The notes under the pieces are model-generated. The model saw nothing but the letters and a program-made list of their open reading frames with translations, did no database searches and had not been told where the DNA came from. 64,000 bases of DNA from Thermoanaerobaculia bacterium (lineage in GTDB: Bacteria; Acidobacteriota; Thermoanaerobaculia; Multivoradales; Multivoraceae), in assembly GCA_963664405.1 (NCBI GenBank), contig OY761158.1:1280001-1344000 (forward strand), read 5' to 3'. Of this stretch, positions 29,775 to 39,774 are shown one piece after another; within the stretch, counting starts at the first letter, position 1; each line of letters begins with the position of its first letter. The translations under genes were made by a program, and so were the position numbers.

Positions 29775-30827
29775 CTAATTCGCCGACTCGCTCTCGAGCA
29801 GTCGCGCGCCACGGAGGATGTTGCCCATCGCGTAGTTGCCCTCGTGACAGGCATACTCGTAGAGCCGGTGGGGCGTGGCCGGCCAGGTGTACTCGCCGCT
29901 GTAAGGCGCTTCGTAGTCACCGGACTCGACCGTGAACTGGTAGAGCAGACCTGCGGCGTCTAGGCGCGTGAAGCGCTCCACCACGTGTAGATCGCTCGGA
30001 AACGAGGGATTGCCGACAACCGTAGTGGTCAGCCACGACTCCTCTGGAAAACCGGTCGTATCGACAACCAGAGTGTCGCCCTCCCACCAGCCGATCGAGT
30101 CGCCGCTCCGAGAACGGATCTCCGACGGCGCGTGCTCGACGGGGCGCCCCTCGGCGGCGAGGCGGACGATTCGGGCTTCGTGCATCCACTCGATGAGAAT
30201 CATCAAGTGGGTTTCGGTCTGCACCAGGGTCTTGAGGTTGTTGTACGACCGCGGTTGCACCGGAATCGACGATTCGGGATGAAAGATGCAACGATCGGCG
30301 ATCCCCATCACCTCGGGCCCGTCGTAAGGGCCGACCTCCCGGTCGAGCCACCAGGCGTCTCCGGTGTTCTTCTTGGAGAAGGGATAGAGGCCCTCCCTGC
30401 GCGCGCGGCCACGGTCGGTTTGAGGAGGGAGCCGTCCATCAGGCGGATCGGTAAGGAGGGAGGTCCGATACTCTCCGTCAACGAGCACCGGGGCCGTTCC
30501 GCGATCCATATAGAAGGCGTTGTAGGCACCGACATTGCCTCCCGCACGCGGCGCGCTCCGATCCGGATCGCTCGGTCGCGACTGAGACTCGACCGACGCC
30601 GCCGCGCGATCTTGGATCTGTGCAGCTTCTTCACGCGTCAAGACGAGGCTCTCACCGTGCGCGGGATCCCGCTCGAAAGGAGTGAGGGTGGAGATGTCGT
30701 AGCTCCCAGACAAGTCGGGCCTTCCACTGGCAGTTCGCGGGATGTCGTCCGCCGCAAAGCTCGCGCCTAGTGAGACAAGGATCGTCATCGACAACAGCAA
30801 GACACACCTCAGCGTTCCGATCTTCAT
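29775..30827 (-). CDS. Conserved secreted hypothetical protein
   Basis: Signal peptide; PRTASGRPDLSG, GDSIGWWEGDTLVVDT, YEYACHEGN. Confidence 0.85.
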   Translation of the reverse strand: MKIGTLRCVLLLSMTILVSLGASFAADDIPRTASGRPDLSGSYDISTLTPFERDPAHGESLVLTREEAAQIQDRAAASVESQSRPSDPDRSAPRAGGNVGAYNAFYMDRGTAPVLVDGEYRTSLLTDPPDGRLPPQTDRGRARREGLYPFSKKNTGDAWWLDREVGPYDGPEVMGIADRCIFHPESSIPVQPRSYNNLKTLVQTETHLMILIEWMHEARIVRLAAEGRPVEHAPSEIRSRSGDSIGWWEGDTLVVDTTGFPEESWLTTTVVGNPSFPSDLHVVERFTRLDAAGLLYQFTVESGDYEAPYSGEYTWPATPHRLYEYACHEGNYAMGNILRGARLLESESAN

Positions 30828-30902
30828 CCCGACTCCTCTCCGAGCACTATCCTCAGTGAGACAAAGCTAGCACACGAACAGCCGCTGCGGGGCGAGCTGA
30901 CC

Positions 30903-32494
30903 TCAGCCCCACACTTCGCGTGCAACCCGAACGACAAGCTCCAGCTTTGCGACCTGGTCCTCGAAGGTGATTGGATTGCCGGAGACAGCGCTGGCGAAGC
31001 CACACTGTGGACTGATCGCGAGGCGGTCGAGGGGCATCTGCCTGCTTGCCTCTTCGAGGCGGCGCTCGAGGGTGTCGGCCTCTTCGAGCTGCGGTGTCTT
31101 GGAGCTTACGAGTCCCAGTACAACCGACTTGCCGGATGGCACTGAGGCGAGAGGCGCGAAGTCACCGGCGCGCGGCGAATCGTATTCGAGGAAGAAGGCG
31201 TCGACGTCGATCTCATTGAAGAGCTGGTGCGCGACAGAGGCGTAGCCTCCCTCCGTGAGCCACTTACCCTTGAAGTTACCCCGGCACAGATGCATCGCGA
31301 CGGTGAGGGAATCGGGGCGATCCCGCAAAGAGGAATTGATCAAGTCGAGGTACTGCCCCACCACGGCGCCCGGATCATCGCCGTCTGCCCGCATCCGTTC
31401 GCGCACGGTTTCGTCGCACAGCATCGCGAGAGGAACCTCGTCGAGCTGAATGTAGGTGGCACCGGCCGTAGCCAGGTCGCGTATTTCCTGGCGATAGACC
31501 TCCGCCAGATCGGCGAAGAAAGCGTCATCGCCGCTATAGCCCGCCGCTTTCACCGCGGCTCGATCAGCCCAGAAGTGCATCGTCGGCGGGGATGGCAAGG
31601 TGATCTTCACCGTCCTCGTGGTCTCGTTGCGCAGGAAATCCAGCTCATCCCCAGAAAGCCTGCGCGATCGCCTCAGCTTTCCCGTGACCTTGGGTGCGAT
31701 GAAGGGAATGCCTTTCCCCGAATGATCATGGAAGTCGAAGCGCGCCGGCTCGATACCAAGCCCTTCGATTCCCTCGACGAAATGAGACCAATACGAGGCA
31801 CGCCGGAATTCTCCGTCGGTCACGGCCTCCAAGCCCACACGCTCCTGCATTCGGACCGCGTCGCGGATGCTCTGGTCCTGGATCGACCGGAACACCTCTT
31901 GCGTGATGGAGCCCGAACCCAGGTTGAGAGTGAGCACGATAATCGATGGCGGTCCGATCACGATAAGTGATGGTCGCGTAGCCATTTGAAGGACTTAGCC
32001 GAAGCTGCGTTTCGCTGCCACTTGCCTCAGACGGTCTTGTTCACAGTATTTGATGGCGATTCGAGGAAACCCGATCACGTTGTCTGGTGGGAATGGGTGT
32101 TCCGTTCAAGGTATCTGAGGGCGCAACCAGGGGCCCAAGCGCGATGGAAGCTCGGCGAACTGCCTCGATCGCCCATCAGATAGCGTGCCGTTCATCCCAT
32201 CGCTGCGTGTCAGCCCTCGTTCAGCGTGATCAGCGAAAGAACAAGTATGGACTGCGCGTCAGGCCCCGACGGCCCGCCTTCGGCGGGGATGATGCCGACG
32301 GACCTAGTCTTGAGCACACTACTTGAGGGACCAAACACCCCTTCCCTCACCTACCGTGCTCAGAATGGCCAACATTCCCATCGATTATCGTGCTCACTCT
32401 CACCCAGGTCGCGAAAAGCCTGGCGCAACTTCGCGGGCCGCAACAGACTCCCAACATGCTCGGCACGAAAGGGTGGTTTTCTTACGGTCGTCAT
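30903..32494 (-). pseudogene. Cobalamin-independent methionine synthase II-like (short MetE-like) gene interrupted by a MITE
   Basis: RAEHVGSLLRP, TDGEFRR, HLCRGN, LEYD, SPQCGFAS. Removing the insert plus one target copy (485 bp) restores a 368-aa frame. Confidence 0.92.
31925..32402. mobile_element. Non-autonomous MITE, ~478 bp
   Basis: Perfect 25-bp terminal IR TGAGAGTGAGCACGATAATCGATGG; target duplication (A)CCCAGGT; no transposase. Confidence 0.93.
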
Positions 32495-32536
32495 GGTGGC
32501 ATTATCGGCAGAGGAATAAGACATAGGAGAGTGACC

Positions 32537-33532
32537 ATGCATCGTAGCCTCCCTCGTGTTCTTGCACTGGTTGGGGTCCTGACAGCGCTAACGCTCGGAG
32601 CGACCGCTCAGGAGCTCGACCTACAGACCGTCGACTTTCACAGCACGGCAATCGACCGGCCGACAAGGTACAACATCCTGCTGCCTCGTGACTACCACGG
32701 CTCGACCGACCGCTACCCAGTTCTTTATCTCCTCCACGGCCTCACCCAGAACTACACAGCATGGGGACTGGCGAATGGGGCGCCCTTCTACACTGGAGTG
32801 TACGACGACCTCATCGTCGTCATGCCCGACGCCGGCAACTCCTGGTACACCAACTGGGAGGAGAGCGAGGACGGCCAGACCAACATGTGGGCGGATCACA
32901 TCGTCAAAGAGGTGGTCAGCCACGTCGATTGGAACTTCCGAACCATCGCGCGGCGGGAGGGGCGAGCGATCACCGGCCTTTCGATGGGCGGCTACGGAGC
33001 GATCACGCTCGGGCTCCGAAACCCCGATATGTTCATCTCGATCGGCTCGACCAGCGGGGCACTCGAGTGGGCCAGCGACGCCGCCAAGCGACTGCGGGGC
33101 GAGATGCCGCCTCGGGAACCACGCCAGCGCACCCCCCAGCAGCAGGCCGCTCGCGACGAGTTTCAGCGCCGCGCCAACCCGCTCATCGGCCTCGAGGACT
33201 TCGACAGCCAGATCGAGCGCAGCCCAGCGGGCACGGTGCACGCCACCGCCGAGCACGCCGACGCCTTCGATCCCTTCAAGCTGATCGAGCAACTGCCCAA
33301 AGAGCGGCTCCCCCACATCTACCTCGACTGCGGTACCGACGACCGACTCATCGCCGGCGCTAAGAACTTGGCCGGCGTCCTGATCGAAAAAGAAGTCCCC
33401 TTCGACTACATGCAGATGGGAGGCGGACACAACCCCAGCTACTGGATCCAGGCGATCGGCCACATCATGTCGGTGCAATACGAGGTCATGCAGCGCGCTC
33501 TGGGACAGCGGCCCTCAGGACGGAGCAACTAA
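32537..33532 (+). CDS. Secreted esterase (alpha/beta hydrolase)
   Basis: YPVLYLLHG, GLSMGG, DCGTDD, GGH. Confidence 0.9.
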   Translation: MHRSLPRVLALVGVLTALTLGATAQELDLQTVDFHSTAIDRPTRYNILLPRDYHGSTDRYPVLYLLHGLTQNYTAWGLANGAPFYTGVYDDLIVVMPDAGNSWYTNWEESEDGQTNMWADHIVKEVVSHVDWNFRTIARREGRAITGLSMGGYGAITLGLRNPDMFISIGSTSGALEWASDAAKRLRGEMPPREPRQRTPQQQAARDEFQRRANPLIGLEDFDSQIERSPAGTVHATAEHADAFDPFKLIEQLPKERLPHIYLDCGTDDRLIAGAKNLAGVLIEKEVPFDYMQMGGGHNPSYWIQAIGHIMSVQYEVMQRALGQRPSGRSN

Positions 33533-33538
33533 TCGCCG

Positions 33539-34069
33539 ATGGCGTCGCGACGTGCTTTCCTCAAGCGAGCCATCTCACTGGGCGCCACTGCCGGGGCGGC
33601 TGCATCCTTGACTTCTTCGAAGCTCGGCTCGCAGGGAAGGGGTCGCATCGCGGGTTTCGACCACGTAGCCGTACCGATGCGCAATACAGAGCCTATGCTC
33701 GCCTTCTATCGCGCTCTCGGCTTCGCGGTGAAAGAGGGCGAGCGAATCTGCTCGGTTCACATGGCTCACAACAAGATCGGCTTCCACCGCCCGAGCCTGT
33801 GGCAGAGCGACGAGTTCGACCTCAAGGCGCCAAGAGCCGAGCCGCCCTGCGGTGATTTCTGCTTTGTCTGGGAGGGCAGCATGTCTTCGCTGCAAGCCAT
33901 GCTGGCCACAGCCGACGCCGTAGTCATCGAGGGCCCAGTGCAGCGTCAAGGGGGTCGCGACGGCGGAGACGCGGTCGGCACCAGCCTCTACATCCGCGAC
34001 CCTGATCAGAACCTGCTGGAGTTCATCGTCTATTCAGAGGCCTCACTTGCACAAGCGGTAGGCCGGTAG
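33539..34069 (+). CDS. VOC/glyoxalase-family protein with Tat-like signal
   Basis: SRRAFLK, FDHVA, SLYIRDPDQNLLE. Confidence 0.88.
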   Translation: MASRRAFLKRAISLGATAGAAASLTSSKLGSQGRGRIAGFDHVAVPMRNTEPMLAFYRALGFAVKEGERICSVHMAHNKIGFHRPSLWQSDEFDLKAPRAEPPCGDFCFVWEGSMSSLQAMLATADAVVIEGPVQRQGGRDGGDAVGTSLYIRDPDQNLLEFIVYSEASLAQAVGR

Positions 34070-34138
34070 GCCCCGCGACGTGCTCATTGTGAGTCTGGAA
34101 TAGACTCATGTCCCACGCATGATCTGCGGAGAGGCGCA

Positions 34139-35290
34139 ATGAGTAAGGATCTCAAATTCAGGAGTGTGCGCGTAAAGAACTGGAAGAACTTCGCGCGAGT
34201 AGAAGTAGATATCCAGAACCGCGTCTTTCTGGTTGGACCGAACGCATCGGGCAAGTCGAACCTCCTGGATGTCTTTCGCTTTCTGCGTGACCTCGCCTCC
34301 CCCGGCGGCGGCTTCTTCGAAGCCATCACTCGGCGAGGCGGTGTAAGCGCGATTCGCTGCCTTGCAGCTAGGCGTTACCCGGACATCGAGATCCACGTTG
34401 AGCTACAACAGTCAGAGGATATGCCCCTCTGGTCATACGAGCTGGCCTTCAAGCAAGACAACCAGCGACGGCCGCTGGTGAGCGGGGAGCGCGTACTGCG
34501 CAGCGGTGACGTCATACTCGATCGCCCCGACGATGAAGACGAGAAGGACCCTGCGCGGTTGACACAAACATACCTTGAACAAGTGAATGTGAATCGCGAG
34601 TTCCGCGCCTTGGCTACCTTCTTCGCGTCCATCCAGTATCTCCACATCGTCCCGCAGCTGGTCCGGGACCCCGATCGTTCCGTGGGGCACTCGAACGACC
34701 CCTTCGGCGGCGACTTCTTGGAGCAGGTAGCAAACACCCAGGACCGGACGCGCAACGCGCGCCTACGGCGGATCCAGGAGGCACTTAGAGTCGCCGTACC
34801 GCAGCTCGAGGAGATTGAGCTATGGCGAGACGCCCGCGGAACACCGCATCTGCGCGGGAAGTACCAGCACTGGCGACCTCAGGGAGCGTGGCAGACAGAG
34901 GAGCAGTTCTCGGACGGAACGTTGCGACTGATGGGGCTCCTTTGGGTAGTCATGGACAACGAAGGTCCTCTGCTGCTCGAAGAGCCGGAGCTTTCACTCC
35001 ATCCCGGGATCGTCCGCCTGTTGCCTCAAATGCTGGCCCGGGTCCAGCGTCGCACCGGAAGGCAGATCTTCCTCAGCACACATTCCCCTGAACTTCTAAG
35101 CGATTCTGGGATCGGACTCGACGAAGTCCTCCTTCTCAATCCTCAGACGGAAGGCACCGAAGTGACCTCGGCGAACATGCACAGCGAGATCCGTGATCTC
35201 CTGGAAGGAGGTCTCTCGCTCGCCGACGTCGTCATTCCCAGAACGCGCCCTGAATCGGCAGAGCAACTGACCCTATTCGGAGGCGCGTAA
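34139..35290 (+). CDS. ABC/AAA_21-type ATPase
   Basis: GPNASGKS, FSDGT, LLLEEPE, STHS. Confidence 0.92.
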   Translation: MSKDLKFRSVRVKNWKNFARVEVDIQNRVFLVGPNASGKSNLLDVFRFLRDLASPGGGFFEAITRRGGVSAIRCLAARRYPDIEIHVELQQSEDMPLWSYELAFKQDNQRRPLVSGERVLRSGDVILDRPDDEDEKDPARLTQTYLEQVNVNREFRALATFFASIQYLHIVPQLVRDPDRSVGHSNDPFGGDFLEQVANTQDRTRNARLRRIQEALRVAVPQLEEIELWRDARGTPHLRGKYQHWRPQGAWQTEEQFSDGTLRLMGLLWVVMDNEGPLLLEEPELSLHPGIVRLLPQMLARVQRRTGRQIFLSTHSPELLSDSGIGLDEVLLLNPQTEGTEVTSANMHSEIRDLLEGGLSLADVVIPRTRPESAEQLTLFGGA

Positions 35291-35292
35291 AG

Positions 35293-35919
35293 ATGGCGGC
35301 GCCGGTGATCATCCCGGCGGCGGTTGAAGGCATGGTCGACGATGTCGTCGTACGAAGACTGATCGCCTTCGCCGGGGGACAAGCCGGGACTGTGTACGGG
35401 AGAAACGGCAAGCAGGCTCTACGCCAGAAGATCAACGGATACAACAGGGCTGCTCGCCATCGGCCGTGGGTGGTGCTTGTTGATCTCGACAGAGAGGCCG
35501 ATTGCGCGCCCCCACTCCGCGATGAGTGGTTGAGTGACCCAGCACCCAATCTTTGTTTTCGAGTAGCCGTGCGTGCCATCGAGACGTGGCTGATGGCGGA
35601 CGCGGAAACGCTGGCTCGGTTTCTGGGCGTCTCGCGCACCCTCATATCGGGCTATCCCGAAGAGTTGGAGAATCCGAAAGAAGCGATGGTCAACCTCGCC
35701 AGGCGTTCACGACGTAGAGCAATTCGCGAGGACATGGTGCCGCGCCACGGGAGTGGGCGGCCCGTCGGCCCTGCTTATACCTCGACTCTCAGTGAGTACG
35801 CTGAGACCTACTGGCGACTCGATGTAGCAACCCACTACTCTGACAGCCTGCGACGGGCGCTGGCCTGCATACGAAGGCTCGTCGCTGACACGAGATCAGA
35901 ACTAAGCACCCTGAAATGA
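35293..35919 (+). CDS. TOPRIM-like protein (DUF4276/RloB-like)
   Basis: VEG..D, VDLD and IETWLMAD motifs; starts 2 bp after the ATPase. Confidence 0.75.
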   Translation: MAAPVIIPAAVEGMVDDVVVRRLIAFAGGQAGTVYGRNGKQALRQKINGYNRAARHRPWVVLVDLDREADCAPPLRDEWLSDPAPNLCFRVAVRAIETWLMADAETLARFLGVSRTLISGYPEELENPKEAMVNLARRSRRRAIREDMVPRHGSGRPVGPAYTSTLSEYAETYWRLDVATHYSDSLRRALACIRRLVADTRSELSTLK

Positions 35920-36746
35920 GGATCGGAATCTCGCTACCTGTCCGCGAGTTCCAGGACGACCTCGGAGCCCTCAAAGCCTTCGCGCAGGCGGCGGACGAGC
36001 TCGGCTACACGCACCTTCGCGTTCCCGATCAGGTGCTCCGGCCCGGCAACGGCCACCTTCACGAACCGCTAATGATGCTCTCCTACATCGCCGCGGTGAC
36101 TGAGAAGATCGAGCTCGTTCCCTCGGTGATCATCACCCCCTCGCGACAGACCGTGCTCTTGGCAAAACAGATTGCGGCACTCGACTGCTTCACCGGCGGG
36201 CGCGTCAGGCTGGGGGTGGGAGTCGGCGGCAGCGAGCCCGAGTACCGGGCACAGGGGCAGGACTTCCACCGCCGCGGCGCTCGTGTGGAAGAGCAGATCG
36301 AGCTTCTGCGACGGCTGTGGACCGAAGAGTTGGTGGATTTCAAGGGTCGATGGGATGCCGTCCAAGGGGCGGGTCTCAACCCACTCCCGGTGCAGCGGCC
36401 GGTGCCGATCTGGATTGGGGCTAGCTCGGTGCCCGCGGCGCGAATCCGCGAGCGCATCGGCCGTCAGGCAAACGGCTGGTTCGTACTCTGCTCGCCGGAA
36501 CAGCTCCCTGAGATCAAGACCGACATCGATCGCGCAGCTCAGTCTGCCGGGCGCGATCCCGATGAGATTGGCATGGAGGCAGGTGTCGCCGTGGTAGGTC
36601 CGCGCGAGGCGGAGTGGAAAGACCGAGTAGCGAGCTGGCGGCGAATCGGCTTGACGCACTTGTGCCTGCGCACCCTCGGTGGCGGACTGGATGCGGACCG
36701 GCATCTGGAAAAAATGCGTGAGGTCCTCGACGAGATACCTGCTTGA
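35916..36746 (+). CDS. LLM-class (F420-dependent-like) oxidoreductase
   Basis: HEP, LLAKQIAALD..TGGR..LGVGVG, NPLPVQRPVPIWIG. Confidence 0.9.
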   Translation: MRIGISLPVREFQDDLGALKAFAQAADELGYTHLRVPDQVLRPGNGHLHEPLMMLSYIAAVTEKIELVPSVIITPSRQTVLLAKQIAALDCFTGGRVRLGVGVGGSEPEYRAQGQDFHRRGARVEEQIELLRRLWTEELVDFKGRWDAVQGAGLNPLPVQRPVPIWIGASSVPAARIRERIGRQANGWFVLCSPEQLPEIKTDIDRAAQSAGRDPDEIGMEAGVAVVGPREAEWKDRVASWRRIGLTHLCLRTLGGGLDADRHLEKMREVLDEIPA

Positions 36747-36865
36747 AAGTCGACGAGGGTAAGTCTATTGTGGGGCTTCGCTATGAGAGTCACAATCCGG
36801 TCCAAGCCACTCACACGGTAGTCGCGGGCACCCGCTTCGTGTTGAAAAAGACAGCAGGAGCCTCA

Positions 36866-38275
36866 ATGAAGGCAACAAGCATCGCCATCGCTCTCTTGGT
36901 CGCCATGGCAACGACATTGGCGACCCCCGCGGCTGAGGCCGAGCCAGCGAACGTCCTTTTTCTGTTCGCCGATGACTTCGGTTACGGCAGTGTGTCGTCC
37001 AACGGGGGCGATATCCCCACTCCGCATATCGACTCGATCGGGCGCAACGGAGTCAGGTTCACCTCCGGCTATATGACCGCGCCGGTCTGCAATCCCTCCC
37101 GCCACGGGATGATGACCGGCCGCTACCAACAGCGCTGGGGCAAAGAGCAGAACTCACAGACCGTGCCTCCGCTGGGACAGCAGCGCAGCGGAGATCTTCC
37201 GCTCGAGCAGACGACGATCGCCGAGGCCTTGAAGAAGGTCGGCTACCACAACGGAGCCCTGGGGAAGTGGCAGCTGGCGTGGGGAAAGGGCTACCACCCC
37301 CTCGACCGGGGCTTCGACTACTTCGTCGGCATGAAATCGGGCATGACCCATCTCGACCCCACCTGGCCGAATGCGCACGTCGAAGTCGGCGGCGCAAACC
37401 GCGCACCAGCCGGGCCGCCCCGAGGCCTCTTCCGCGGGCGCGAGCCGATCGAGCTCGACGAGTATCTGACCGACAAGCTGGCGCACGAAGGCGTCGACTT
37501 CATCGAACGAAACAAGGATCGACCTTTCTTTCTCTACATCCCCTTCTACGCGGTGCACAACCCCATCCAGGTCACCCACAAGTACTACCAGCGCTTTCCC
37601 CAGTATGAGAACGAGACCAAGCGCATCTACGCCGGGATGATCAGTGCGCTCGACGATGCGGTCGGGGCCCTGCTGGCCAAGCTTCGAGAAGAGGGACTCG
37701 AAGAGAAGACTCTGGTCATCTTCACCAGCGACAACGGCGCCGCGGAGCCTTCGGACGTCGATCGGGTGGCCAACCAGCCGTTGACCGGCCACAAGCGCAA
37801 CCTCTACGGCGGCGGCATCCGCATTCCATATCTGCTGCAGTGGAAGGGACGGATTCCCGCTGGCCAGACCTATACCCACCCTGTCAGCTCTTTGGACATC
37901 TTCCCCACCGCGCTGGCGGCGGCAGGCAAGGAAGACGGGGGCGAATACCGGCTCGACGGCACCAACCTGCTGCCCTATCTGGAAGGCGGCAACACGGGCG
38001 CGCCTCATGAATACTTGTTCTGGCGCTCGGGTCACAACGGCGCCGTACGCCATGGCGCGTGGAAGCTGTTGATGAGCGGCTCGGAGATCACCCGTCTTTA
38101 CGACGCCGACAAGGATCCCAGCGAATCGAAGGACCTGTCGTCCAAAAAACCCGAGCTGGTGAGGAAAATGAAGCAGGCCTACGAACGGTGGTCGGAGGAG
38201 ATGGCGGAGCCGAGAGAATCGTCACGGAAGATCAAGACGTACTTCAACGGTGATGAGATCCAATGGCACATATAG
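36866..38275 (+). CDS. Sulfatase, tandem paralog 1
   Basis: Signal peptide, ADDFG, CNPSR, GKWQL. Confidence 0.95.
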   Translation: MKATSIAIALLVAMATTLATPAAEAEPANVLFLFADDFGYGSVSSNGGDIPTPHIDSIGRNGVRFTSGYMTAPVCNPSRHGMMTGRYQQRWGKEQNSQTVPPLGQQRSGDLPLEQTTIAEALKKVGYHNGALGKWQLAWGKGYHPLDRGFDYFVGMKSGMTHLDPTWPNAHVEVGGANRAPAGPPRGLFRGREPIELDEYLTDKLAHEGVDFIERNKDRPFFLYIPFYAVHNPIQVTHKYYQRFPQYENETKRIYAGMISALDDAVGALLAKLREEGLEEKTLVIFTSDNGAAEPSDVDRVANQPLTGHKRNLYGGGIRIPYLLQWKGRIPAGQTYTHPVSSLDIFPTALAAAGKEDGGEYRLDGTNLLPYLEGGNTGAPHEYLFWRSGHNGAVRHGAWKLLMSGSEITRLYDADKDPSESKDLSSKKPELVRKMKQAYERWSEEMAEPRESSRKIKTYFNGDEIQWHI

Positions 38276-38291
38276 ACGAGGAGAGGTGAAG

Positions 38292-39767
38292 ATGACAAGA
38301 AGGAACAGGATCGCTGCCGCCCTGGCTTCCGCAGCTCTAATGAGCCTGGGCACTGCCTCGGCCGAGCAGGCCAATGTCGTATTTCTGTTCGCGGACGACC
38401 TCGGCTACGGAAGTGTGTCGTCGTACGGCAGCGACATTCCGACCCCGCATATCGACTCGATCGGTCTCAACGGGGTCAGGTTCACGTCCGGCTATATGAC
38501 CGCGCCGGTGTGCAATCCATCGCGTCACGGAATGATGACCGGTCGCTATCAGCAGCACTGGGGCAAAGAGCTCAACTCGCAGACAGTGATGCCGGTAGGG
38601 CAGCGGAGCGCCAGACACCTACCGCGGGACCAGAAGACGATTGCCAACGGCATGAAGGCCGCGGGCTACAGAACCGGCGCCTTCGGCAAATGGCAGCTGT
38701 CGTTGGAAGACGGATACCACCCGCTCGATCGAGGATTCGACGATTTCGTCGGCATGGAATCAGGAATGAGCCATGTCGATCCGCGTTGGCCGGATGCACA
38801 TGTCGCTCCCCCCCCGGGTCCGGATACGGTCATCTACTCTTCGGCCGCACAACGAGAAGCCAGGCAGAACCCGGCGCCGGACGACACACGCGAAGTAACT
38901 GAAGCAGGGCTCAAAGGTCTCTTCCGCGGCCGCGAGCCGGTCGAGCTCGAGGAGCTCTTGACCGAGAGGTTGGCGCGCGAGGGAGTGGAGTTCATCGAGC
39001 GCAACAAGGATCGACCGTTTTTTCTCTACGTTCCTTTCTACTCGCCGCACGCTCCCATCCAGACAACCGACAAGTACTACGACCGTTTCCCGGATATCAA
39101 GAACGAGGGCAGGCGTATCTATGCCGGAATGATCAGCGCGGTCGACGATGCGGTCGGAGCCGTGCTCACCAAGCTTCGAGAGGAAGGTCTAGAAGAGAAG
39201 ACTCTGGTCATCTTCGCCAGCGACAACGGTGCCTCGGAGACCTACGACATCGGCCATGTGGCGAACCTGCCCCTGATCGGCCACAAGCGCAATCTCTACG
39301 GAGGTGGCATCCGGATCCCTTACCTCATGCAGTGGAAGGGCCGAATTCCCCCAGGCCAGACCTACACCAAGCCGGTCAGCTCACTCGACCTCTTTCCCAC
39401 TTTCCTGGCAGCCGCCGGCGTCGAAGATGTCAGCCAGTACAGGCTGGACGGCGTCAACCTGGTGCCCTATCTGGACGGAACGAATGCCGGAACGCCGCAC
39501 GAATATCTGTTCTGGCGCTCCGGGCCCAACGGCGCCGTCTGCCACGGAGAGTGGAAGCTCCTCATGATCGGATCGGAGATGACGCGCCTCTATAACTCGG
39601 AGAAGGATCCCGGTGAGTCGAAAGACATGTCGTCCAAAAGGGCGGAGCTGGTGCGGAAGATGAAGCAAGCGCACGAGCGGTGGTCGAAGGAAATGGCTGG
39701 GCCCCGCGAGTCGTCAAGGAAAGTGAGGACGAACTACAACGGTGATGAGATCGAATGGCACATATGA
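38292..39767 (+). CDS. Sulfatase, tandem paralog 2
   Basis: Signal peptide, ADDLG, CNPSR. Confidence 0.95.
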   Translation: MTRRNRIAAALASAALMSLGTASAEQANVVFLFADDLGYGSVSSYGSDIPTPHIDSIGLNGVRFTSGYMTAPVCNPSRHGMMTGRYQQHWGKELNSQTVMPVGQRSARHLPRDQKTIANGMKAAGYRTGAFGKWQLSLEDGYHPLDRGFDDFVGMESGMSHVDPRWPDAHVAPPPGPDTVIYSSAAQREARQNPAPDDTREVTEAGLKGLFRGREPVELEELLTERLAREGVEFIERNKDRPFFLYVPFYSPHAPIQTTDKYYDRFPDIKNEGRRIYAGMISAVDDAVGAVLTKLREEGLEEKTLVIFASDNGASETYDIGHVANLPLIGHKRNLYGGGIRIPYLMQWKGRIPPGQTYTKPVSSLDLFPTFLAAAGVEDVSQYRLDGVNLVPYLDGTNAGTPHEYLFWRSGPNGAVCHGEWKLLMIGSEMTRLYNSEKDPGESKDMSSKRAELVRKMKQAHERWSKEMAGPRESSRKVRTNYNGDEIEWHI

Positions 39768-39774
39768 GGTCAAA

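Noticed and set aside
31925-32402. Self-splicing intron or intein in the MetE-like gene
   Set aside because: Terminal IRs and a target duplication indicate DNA transposition; no group I/II consensus ends; insert not in frame
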